A program made the translations under genes and the position numbers. Positions 29,301 through 36,411 of a stretch of 64,000 bases of DNA are shown piece by piece. The notes under the pieces were generated by a model. That model was not told the DNA's origin. It was given only the letters and a program-made list of their open reading frames with translations, and searched no databases. The DNA lies in assembly GCA_045536535.1 (NCBI GenBank), contig JAZSNS010000017.1:15940-79939 (forward strand), given 5' to 3'. Every line of letters starts with the position of its first letter. The stretch's first letter is position 1. The DNA is from Eubacteriales bacterium. Its GTDB lineage: Bacteria; Bacillota; Clostridia; Oscillospirales; CAG-382.

Positions 29301-32300
29301 ATTGATTTGGACAAAGAACGCAGGTTCTATCAAGAAGATCGAGCATTTTGCTCCCGACGCTATCTATGTTGACGGTAACTTCAACGATACCGGTTGGAAA
29401 CCCGAATGGACCTTCGTTTCGCGCGAAATCAACGCTTGCGGACAGGAAACCAGCGATAATGCGCCCGACCTTGCGAAGACCGATTTCTATTATCAGTTGC
29501 GCATGGACGACGAATATCTCTATGTTGCGGCCGTAATCGAATATTACGATGGCGACGGTAACAAAGTTGACGCATCTACCGTTAGCGCCAACCAAAACCC
29601 CGGTTTCCGTTTGTGGATCAAATCGGGTGAATTCGGCGACAATGTAGCGGCAGGCAACTCCAAGACCTACACCAATTATTACGACGTAAAACTCGGCGAA
29701 CTCCAAAGCCAGGAAAACACATTCCCGACCTTTGCGAACAACACCCGTCCTTTCTACAACAAGTATTATCAGTACGTCAATCCCGATGCTAACCGCGACG
29801 GATATTTCACCTCTGCTGACTATGCGACCGGCAACAGCACTATCAACACGGTAGTGGACGCTAACAATAAATTCTCGACGTTTATGCCTTGGGGTTACGG
29901 CGATTCCACCCTTTGGGGCGAAACCAAAGTAACTCATGGCGACGCGGAAGGCGTTGTCGTCAACTCCAAAACCGGCGAAACTCGCGGCGAAATGGTTGAC
30001 ACCGGCGCGATCATCAAGAAGATCGAAGAACTCAAAAAGACCGGCGGCGACGCAGCAGTTGACGCATATATTGCCGAACTCGCAACCAAAGACGAAAATC
30101 CCTCTTCTATCGAAGTTTCTACCGGTGTTGAAGCCGCTGTTATGGAAACCGGCGCAGGCAAGCGCCCCAACGGCTTCTCGGCTCCTCTCGAAAACAACAC
30201 AATGGTCGTTGAATTCAAGGTTGAACTTGATGAATTCGGCGGCAGAGACGTTTTCGAATATTACGTTTCCTCTGCGACTCACAACAGCTGGACTTCGAAG
30301 ACCACGATGTATCCCGCGATCGTTTCCGATCCCGGTTCGGGCTCCAACTACTATCACGTAAACTATCCTTACTGGAAGTGGACTGACGAACACTCCGTCG
30401 TTGTTGACGAAGAAGTTCGTGCAGAACTTATGATGCGCACCTATAAGAAACCCGTTATCACTCTCGGTGCGAAAGTAAGCCAGACTTACAGTTACTACGA
30501 TAAGAATACAGACACTCTTCATGAAAATGTCGATGCGATTCGTTTCGGCGGTCTTTGGACGGAAGAATATATCCGAAAAGTCAACGGACTTTTGGAAAGC
30601 GACGGTTATACTCTCACCGGAAAAGATGACAATAAAGCTTACGAAGGCGATAACTCGGTCGGCAACTATACCGACTATTGGGACGTTGAGGCAATGGGTA
30701 TGGTCATTCTTCCTACCCACCTTGTCGGCTACAACGACAAAAATGACGCTGCCCATCCCGGTAAATACGACCTCTTTATCGACAACCCCAAAGCAGCATG
30801 GATGGATGCTGACGGTATCGTCAACTGGGTTGGCAATACCGATGAATATCCCGATGACAAGGTTAACTTCGCGGATTATGAAAACTTCGCGTTCTATGTA
30901 ACCGTTGTTAACGCTCCTACAAACATGAACTTCTGCTTCCGCGGATTCGTTACCTATTACGATGAAGTGAGCGGCGCGACACCTTATTATGATGCTATTC
31001 TGGAAAGAAGCATCGATACGGTTGTTGCTGCGGCTTCGAACTCCACCGATGGCGACCAGACCTTCGAAGATGAAGCTCTTGCAGGCGGCGCATTCACCGA
31101 CGATTACTATAAACCCGGCACAGGTACCGACGGTATCGATAAAGAAAACGGCGGCCAGGGCGGCGAAACTCCCGAACCTGAAAAAATCGTCATCGACTCG
31201 ATCGAGTTGGTAACCGACGGTTCTATCAAAGCAGGCAACGCATTGCTTAAACCCACCGTTTACAGCATCAACGGCGATACTTCACTTGCCGAAAAGGCTA
31301 TCGAAGCACTTTCGGTTCAGTGGTATACGCAAACCGCTCTTTGCCCGGATGACGGCGTTTTCGAAGCAGGCACCGTTTACGACTTGCTCGCAACACTCGA
31401 TTGCACCGGCGATTATGTCTTCGGTGACAACTGTAAGATAACCTTGCAGACGGCTGATGAAAAATTGAACGGTTCGCATTACGAACTCGCTTCTACCGAA
31501 ACCGAATATGTCGGCAGATTTACTGTTGCAGTAGAGGCTGAAAAGCTCATCATCAACTCGATCGAGTTGGTAACCGACGGCTCTACCGCTCCCGGTAGCG
31601 CAATGTTCGTTCCCACTGTCAAGAGCATTAACGGCGACGCTTCGCTTGTTGAAAGCGTTCAGGATTCTCTCGTGGTTCAGTGGTGGAACGAAGACGCCAG
31701 CGTTAAATACGATCATTATTCCGCAACCTTGGTGCCCGGTTTGACTTACGACTTGTATATCAAATTCAACATCAACAGCGGATATGAATTCAGCGATACC
31801 TGCGAAATGACGTTGGAAACCGCTGACGGCACTTTGATCGGCGAATATTTCCCGGATCTTTCCACCGAAACAGGACGCTCTTACGACTTCTGGATCACTC
31901 CCGAAGGAGAAGTTGACCCCGATTCGTCTATCAACTTCACTACGATCAACTCCTCGACGTACGCCGCGGATACCACCATTTTGTTGGCAAGCAACACATA
32001 TGCTTCGATTAATTCCCAAATGATATGGTGGAACAAAGTTCTTCTTGAATATGATGATAACGCAGGCAACTACAAAGTTATTGCCACCGCGGGATCCGGT
32101 TCGAGTGATCACTTCAATTGGGATTACGGTATCGACAGAATTATCGTCGCTGCTCACAACGATGATGTTAATACAAACGCAAACCTCGCTGATTTCAACT
32201 TCCTCGGTTCGCTCGCGGTTGGCCAACGTGTCATAATCGTCGGAGCAACTCACGAAGAACTCAAGAACGCTTCCGCTAACACTGACGGAACAGCGATCTC

Positions 32301-33975
32301 GATGCAGCTTATTACGGTTTCTTCTGTTGAAACTCCTATCCCTGAAATCGTAACTCCCGATAATATCGGAGCTCTTGTACCGAACTATTCCAACGGCGAA
32401 AAAGTCGCATACGTTCCGCTTGATGACAGACCTGTTCACACCGACCGTGTTCAGTATCTCGCTCAGGCTTCCGGTATGGATCTCGTCATGCCGAGCGCAA
32501 GCGATTATTCAACAGTTCTCGGTACTAACGGTCACGGCGGCAACCCCGCAAACATTCTTGCTTGGCTTATACAGCAGGAAAACAGCGGTGTTGATTACTA
32601 CGTAATCGCGCTTGACCAGGTATTCTCCGGCGGTCTTGTAAACTCTCGTTATTCCGACAGTTCCTTCTCTGACGGCGGACTTACTGCTCACGATCTTGAA
32701 GCGGTTGAATTCTTGACAGACCTTGCTAAGAACAACTACGTTGTCTATACCGATACCGTAATGCGTCTTGCATCTACTTCCGGATATAGAGACCACAACG
32801 CGACCACTTATGATGCACTCCGTGCATACGGTGCTCAGGTCAGACAAGAACTTCCCGATTCTAAACTCACGATCGATAACGTTATCAGTTCCTACCGTTA
32901 CGGAACAGACGGCGTAAGTGCAATTCCGTACACCAATACTATCGAAAACATCAGTGCAACCGCTACCGAAGCGCAGATCGATGGTTATTTGGCAGCACGT
33001 GAACGCAAACTCAGAATCATTGATTACCTTATAAAGAACGCAGGCGGCAACATTGACCGACTCATGATCGGCGTTGACGACTCTTCGGCTGAATACAACC
33101 TTCAGGCAAACGAGATCAAGTATATCAAATCCTTGATCAACAATCCCGAATACAATTTGAACGCAACCGTATTTGCAGGCGCGGATGAAATGGGCGTTAT
33201 GGGTATTGCGGCTACCGCAAACGATAACTTCCTCGCATCGCCCTTGAAGATTCAGTTCAAAGTATACGGTCCTGCCGCAGGTGCACAGGCGGATAAGTAT
33301 GACAACGGCACACTCTCCGAATCGCTCAAAGCACATTTGGCGGCTGTGGGTGGCGTACAGACAACCGATTCTAACGAAGCTGATATTCAGGTTCTTGTTC
33401 TTACCCGTGCACAAGAAAGCGTTGATTATACCGGTGATGCATCCTACAATGCAAGCTTGCTTGCCGCAGATTTGATTGCAAACCTGAACAACAACGTTCC
33501 TACGATCATCATCGACGCATCGAACCATTACGGCGGACATGCTAACTATGCTATCAACGCAATGATTAACGCAGGTGTGTTCAACAGAAACGATGCGACC
33601 GAAATCCTCGGTTACAGCCAATGGAATACTGTCGGCAACGCGGTCGGTATTGCAATGGCAAACGGTATAGCTCGTTATGCTTACCTTATGGGTGCTGACG
33701 AAGTTACCGCAACTTCTAACGAAGGATTCATGAAGAGCTATATGTTCTCGATGATTAAGGATAACTGTTACAAACCTTATTCATCCACATCGTGGACTCC
33801 TCAGACCGGTGACCTTTATGCATGGAAGCTCATGCCGATGATTGATAACTCCAACCTCATTCTCGGCAAAGACGGCGCTGTTGTATCGACCGGATACACC
33901 TCGTCCTGGATCGCAAACATCACATGGCCTTGGGGCAGAGATTTCGAAGTCAGATTCGATATCGGATTTAACTAA
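26302..33975 (+). CDS. Giant secreted multidomain protein (2,557 aa): repeated CBM9/DOMON-like modules, tandem 120-aa repeats, C-terminal DUF4127-like region
   Basis: Uninterrupted 7,674-nt ORF with GTG start 9 nt after GGAG. Signal peptide MKRTLALILTVLMVLTLIPASLLNVLA. The signature [VI]DGxxxDxxW plus YLYGA recurs through the N-terminal part. The C-terminal region starts VAYVPLDDRPVHTDRV. The gene has its own promoter and terminator. Confidence 0.9.
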   Translation: MKRTLALILTVLMVLTLIPASLLNVLARGPGVAANKTPNQTIPNAEGQFIPETVLVDGIINDTAWPEEDWNDVTSETGTWDVQYPDDANLSKNFKYQLKVDSYYLYGAVVMNSAPTGDVTLWINDGSLSGTYTDKFVIDFSAGTVKRFDRDGNEINSYLAQYGVEYAYETFEYKFDDEKTLVEFRSHRADFSTAKEATFSYFISAEFEEGESLYHPAIAVNGLTGDARDQLFPSLNYWPAGAQQVTSADVNGYGALSLAENTYIDIDGRLDEAIWAAQTEFYLKWYDRLALPSWTDNLQGGAAGGNSDASGNYKDFADVSANVLPYNDNAAAKFDLYVTNGYIYGAALVHDDSHQGLSSTSSTENTGVRFYMTQAVDGGTKVVQVDLRYAATSTVNDYGRFTINGVAQNPDTLGISDGYVSDGYFDIGYLGNYEYDDSYGRYYPVGTTHSATTGYPTLGFTYSHRPAGPNLYVFEFMIDRNAWGDDFASFIPEKYNFAAFSELSDTFDEVTGTSGETYKNATSEYPELAGGILPRYFKNPNGEFYEPYTKFTPDATLGERFWPGMVSSADVAVNSNYYGSSNRVNDKEGNISYYPLIRGDLNYLYGSVVIETSDLFGEWKAGSANGPDGGDVFELWLAENSAYSNGVYDGTTHRYGVWMDENGNAHAGYYSGGAYHDGGDAWKAVIKKYEDSVIKKPVYENFGYGEETGGYDEAYIEEVNDYYVIEFRIPLDAIGDGITLDINDGHFNNENVLSDSDYPIAYYYTSLHVAPADDETENTEGFTMFYPRSANTVSSHTIDTITSEAINYNFPQIFNEHDVFFAITVDGKIIEEQRVPLESSKIDFSNSEYRVPSQNGNILGYNAMLLTGSEYTLFGATIDGVLKRGAYSDSNKTMVTLWIRDNDANQTIYKYDFFNDGEYNYLYVNGTQYAGLGAWSFSSANNETYFEAGILTENFDAAKDGFEYFIEVTQVIGDEELSRVTPKIKLPVIENYAEYFVPQGLIWTKNAGSIKKIEHFAPDAIYVDGNFNDTGWKPEWTFVSREINACGQETSDNAPDLAKTDFYYQLRMDDEYLYVAAVIEYYDGDGNKVDASTVSANQNPGFRLWIKSGEFGDNVAAGNSKTYTNYYDVKLGELQSQENTFPTFANNTRPFYNKYYQYVNPDANRDGYFTSADYATGNSTINTVVDANNKFSTFMPWGYGDSTLWGETKVTHGDAEGVVVNSKTGETRGEMVDTGAIIKKIEELKKTGGDAAVDAYIAELATKDENPSSIEVSTGVEAAVMETGAGKRPNGFSAPLENNTMVVEFKVELDEFGGRDVFEYYVSSATHNSWTSKTTMYPAIVSDPGSGSNYYHVNYPYWKWTDEHSVVVDEEVRAELMMRTYKKPVITLGAKVSQTYSYYDKNTDTLHENVDAIRFGGLWTEEYIRKVNGLLESDGYTLTGKDDNKAYEGDNSVGNYTDYWDVEAMGMVILPTHLVGYNDKNDAAHPGKYDLFIDNPKAAWMDADGIVNWVGNTDEYPDDKVNFADYENFAFYVTVVNAPTNMNFCFRGFVTYYDEVSGATPYYDAILERSIDTVVAAASNSTDGDQTFEDEALAGGAFTDDYYKPGTGTDGIDKENGGQGGETPEPEKIVIDSIELVTDGSIKAGNALLKPTVYSINGDTSLAEKAIEALSVQWYTQTALCPDDGVFEAGTVYDLLATLDCTGDYVFGDNCKITLQTADEKLNGSHYELASTETEYVGRFTVAVEAEKLIINSIELVTDGSTAPGSAMFVPTVKSINGDASLVESVQDSLVVQWWNEDASVKYDHYSATLVPGLTYDLYIKFNINSGYEFSDTCEMTLETADGTLIGEYFPDLSTETGRSYDFWITPEGEVDPDSSINFTTINSSTYAADTTILLASNTYASINSQMIWWNKVLLEYDDNAGNYKVIATAGSGSSDHFNWDYGIDRIIVAAHNDDVNTNANLADFNFLGSLAVGQRVIIVGATHEELKNASANTDGTAISMQLITVSSVETPIPEIVTPDNIGALVPNYSNGEKVAYVPLDDRPVHTDRVQYLAQASGMDLVMPSASDYSTVLGTNGHGGNPANILAWLIQQENSGVDYYVIALDQVFSGGLVNSRYSDSSFSDGGLTAHDLEAVEFLTDLAKNNYVVYTDTVMRLASTSGYRDHNATTYDALRAYGAQVRQELPDSKLTIDNVISSYRYGTDGVSAIPYTNTIENISATATEAQIDGYLAARERKLRIIDYLIKNAGGNIDRLMIGVDDSSAEYNLQANEIKYIKSLINNPEYNLNATVFAGADEMGVMGIAATANDNFLASPLKIQFKVYGPAAGAQADKYDNGTLSESLKAHLAAVGGVQTTDSNEADIQVLVLTRAQESVDYTGDASYNASLLAADLIANLNNNVPTIIIDASNHYGGHANYAINAMINAGVFNRNDATEILGYSQWNTVGNAVGIAMANGIARYAYLMGADEVTATSNEGFMKSYMFSMIKDNCYKPYSSTSWTPQTGDLYAWKLMPMIDNSNLILGKDGAVVSTGYTSSWIANITWPWGRDFEVRFDIGFN
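31180..31899 (+). repeat. Two tandem 360-nt (120-aa) domain repeats inside the giant gene
   Basis: Unit 1 runs 31180-31539 (EKIVIDSIELVTDGSIKAGNALLKPTVYSINGDTSLAEKAIEALSVQWYTQ...). Unit 2 runs 31540-31899 (EKLIINSIELVTDGSTAPGSAMFVPTVKSINGDASLVESVQDSLVVQWWNE...). The first ~45 nt of each unit are near-identical and the rest has diverged. Confidence 0.85.
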
Positions 33976-33989
33976 AAACAATCCAAAAT

Positions 33990-34018
33990 AAAAAGAGGCT
34001 CATTTGAGCCTCTTTTTT
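33990..34018. terminator. Bidirectional intrinsic terminator between the giant gene and the dockerin-CAP gene
   Basis: aaaa-agaggctc-attt-gagcctct-ttttt. Confidence 0.8.
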
Positions 34019-34102
34019 ATTGTTATTCGAAAACTTCGGCAAAGCGGTTGCTATTTTTGCGCAGAAGCCGCCATTTGCAGGCAGCTGATTGCTAAAACCA
34101 AA

Positions 34103-35152
34103 TCAAACAAACCAACCGAAGAAATTCTGAACGCCTGTGTAGCAATCCATTCCGTTATCTTCGCAATATCCCGCAGTGACTGCGATGGAAATATACTCAT
34201 AATCCGGATTAAGAATGTTTGCGCGATGTCCCGCGGAATTCATCCAAAGATCAACAAACTTCGCGGCAACCTCATCCTTGTGATAATAACTGGTCGGACC
34301 GATGAGTACGATGTTTTCGCCCCACGTGCAGGTCAAAACGACGTTCTCTTCTTCATAAACGCTATCCCAGTTTTCGCCGTTCGGGCGGGCGTGAGAGAAA
34401 AGGTCGAGACATTCCTGCGCGCGGATATCTGTGAAATAATGCGCGTTATCGGTCATAACAAGGGGTTGCAATCCGGCATTTTCGCGTTCGATGTTGCAAA
34501 GCCTGAGTATTTCCCGTTCGACGTCATCGAAATCACAATCCGTCTTTTTCCCTGCGAATGCGAGGGTAAATTCGGTCAGATTTACGCTGAGGGGGAACCT
34601 GTATTCTGTTCCGTCGGGCGCGGTTGCTGTGTAGATATTGTCGCTCGATGAATAAGAACTGCCGGTGAAAAGTTTTTCGTTACATTCGGTGCAATAAAGA
34701 TCGCCGAAATAACCGTCACGGTTTCCCGAAGGTTCAACGGCGTTTCGCAACTCTTTTTCGGGGTGTTCACAGGTTGCGGGATCGGGATTAGGATTAGGAT
34801 TGGGATTAGGATTGGGATTAGGATTGGGATCGGGATTGGGATCGGGATTTTGAGTTCCGCCGACAACACCGGTTATAGTAAAGGTTTTAAGACAGTGGCG
34901 CTTGACGAGAATATAGTCGCGCGCATTGATCTTCCCGTCGGCGTTGACATCGGCGCGTTCTTCTTCTTCGTCGGAAAAGCTGTAAGTGTTCAAACAAAAA
35001 CGTTTGATCTTAACATAGTCCTGCGCGTTGATTCTGCCGTCATCGTTGACGTCTCCGAGCAAATCGCCGTTTGCCGCAAAGCAAACAGAACTTACGGAAA
35101 GCAGACAGGTAAGCGTTAAAACAAGAGAAATAAATTTTTTCATAATTTTCAC
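34103..35152 (-). CDS. Secreted dockerin-bearing CAP/SCP (PR-1/YkwD-like) domain protein
   Basis: Signal peptide MKIMKKFISLVLTLTCLLSVSSVCFA. Two dockerin F-hand repeats (DVNDDGRINAQDYVKIKRFCL / DVNADGKINARDYILVKRHCL). (PN/PD)n linker. Cys-rich segment. C-terminal CAP motifs (NIERENAGLQPL, GENI, WMNSAGHRANILNPDYEYISIAV). Confidence 0.85.
   Translation of the reverse strand: MKIMKKFISLVLTLTCLLSVSSVCFAANGDLLGDVNDDGRINAQDYVKIKRFCLNTYSFSDEEEERADVNADGKINARDYILVKRHCLKTFTITGVVGGTQNPDPNPDPNPNPNPNPNPNPNPDPATCEHPEKELRNAVEPSGNRDGYFGDLYCTECNEKLFTGSSYSSSDNIYTATAPDGTEYRFPLSVNLTEFTLAFAGKKTDCDFDDVEREILRLCNIERENAGLQPLVMTDNAHYFTDIRAQECLDLFSHARPNGENWDSVYEEENVVLTCTWGENIVLIGPTSYYHKDEVAAKFVDLWMNSAGHRANILNPDYEYISIAVTAGYCEDNGMDCYTGVQNFFGWFV
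34778..34849. repeat. Hexanucleotide microsatellite (GGRTTR/GGGATY, 12 units) encoding the Pro-Asn/Pro-Asp linker
   Basis: gggatcgggattaggattaggattgggattaggattgggattaggattgggatcgggattgggatcgggatt. On the coding strand this reads PDPNPDPNPNPNPNPNPNPNPDP. Confidence 0.9.
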
Positions 35153-35200
35153 CTCTGTTTATTATTATATAAAAAAGAGAGCGCCTGTCAACAAAAAGTA

Positions 35201-35229
35201 TTGCAATTTATAACACGGTTTGTTATAAT
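35201..35229 (+). promoter_or_regulatory. nagA operon promoter with embedded 7-bp inverted repeat (candidate operator)
   Basis: TTGCAA (35201-35206), 17-nt spacer, extended -10 TGTTATAAT (35221-35229). The inverted repeat TTATAAC (35208-35214) / GTTATAA (35222-35228) overlaps the -10. Confidence 0.5.
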
Positions 35230-35265
35230 TATATAAGAAAAATTTCCCTTCTTAGGAGAATTGAA

Positions 35266-36411
35266 ATGAAAGCTATCATCAACGGTAAAATCATTTTGAA
35301 AGACCGCATCGTTGAAGGCAGTGCTCTGCTTTACTCCGATGTGATCGAAGGAATCGTTCCCGCAGATAAACTTCCCGAAGAAGGCGTTGAAATCATCGAC
35401 GCAAAGGGCGGTTACGTTGCTCCCGGTCTTATTGATCTTCACATTCACGGCTATCTCGGCAAGGATGTGTGCGACGGCGAGGAAGAAAGCATTCGCACGA
35501 TTTCCAAAGGTTTGCTTGCCAACGGCGTTACAGGCTATCTCCCCACCACGATGACCGTCGATATGAAGGTTATCAAAAAGGCGCTTGAAGTCTGCCGTTC
35601 ACTCAAAGAAGAAAGCAAAGATTGGGATGGTTCGGCGATTCTCGGTTGCCATGCCGAAGGACCTTTCATCAGCGAAGCAAAGAAAGGCGCGCAGGACCCG
35701 AAATATATTCTCAAACCCGACGCAAAGTTTGTCAAGGAATATGCTGATATCATTCGTATCATCACCCTTGCGCCCGAAACCGATACCGAGAACTTCGATG
35801 CGATCAGAGAAATCCGTCGCGATACCGACGTTATCATGTCGATCGGTCACACCAGCGCTGATTATGATACCGCAATGAAGTCCACCGAGGTCGGCATGCG
35901 CCACGTGACTCACCTTTTCAACGCGATGACTCCTCTCGCTCACCGCGCCCCCGGCGTTGTTACCGCTGCAATGAACTCTGACGTAAGTTGCGAACTTATC
36001 GTTGACACTTTCCACGTTAATCCTGCTTTTTATAACATGATCTGGCAGTTGAAGGGCAGAAAGCTCTGCTTCATCACCGACTGTCTCCCTGCGGGCGGAC
36101 TTCCCGAAGGTGAATATACTCTCGGCGGCGCGAAGATCATCTATCGCGGCATCGTTTGCCGTCTTGAAGACGGAACGGTTGCGGGCAGCGTTCTTCATCT
36201 TAACAAGGGTGTTTGGAACGTTTACAGCAACTCTGATATTCCGCTTTGGGAATGCGTAAACTGCGCATCTCTCAACCCTGCAACAACGCTCGGCATCGAC
36301 AAATCGAAGGGCTCGATCGAAGTCGGCAAGGATGCGGACCTCATCATCACCGACAATGAATTTAATGTACAAAAAACCATAATCGGAGGAAACACCAAGT
36401 ATGAAGCTTAA
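35266..36411 (+). CDS. nagA: N-acetylglucosamine-6-phosphate deacetylase
   Basis: 381 aa with PGLIDLHIHGY metal-binding motif, HAEGPF, SIGHT, THLFNAM and DADL near the C-terminus. Confidence 0.93.
   Translation: MKAIINGKIILKDRIVEGSALLYSDVIEGIVPADKLPEEGVEIIDAKGGYVAPGLIDLHIHGYLGKDVCDGEEESIRTISKGLLANGVTGYLPTTMTVDMKVIKKALEVCRSLKEESKDWDGSAILGCHAEGPFISEAKKGAQDPKYILKPDAKFVKEYADIIRIITLAPETDTENFDAIREIRRDTDVIMSIGHTSADYDTAMKSTEVGMRHVTHLFNAMTPLAHRAPGVVTAAMNSDVSCELIVDTFHVNPAFYNMIWQLKGRKLCFITDCLPAGGLPEGEYTLGGAKIIYRGIVCRLEDGTVAGSVLHLNKGVWNVYSNSDIPLWECVNCASLNPATTLGIDKSKGSIEVGKDADLIITDNEFNVQKTIIGGNTKYEA

Noticed and set aside
34778-34849. A short-period repeat that could be mistaken for a CRISPR-like or other non-coding array.
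   Set aside because: The period is 6 nt with no spacers. It lies in frame inside a CDS and encodes a Pro-Asn/Pro-Asp linker.
34103-35152. Evidence for a cellulosome locus.
   Set aside because: There is only a single dockerin. The window holds no cohesin or scaffoldin and no glycoside-hydrolase cargo. One dockerin is not enough to call a cellulosome.
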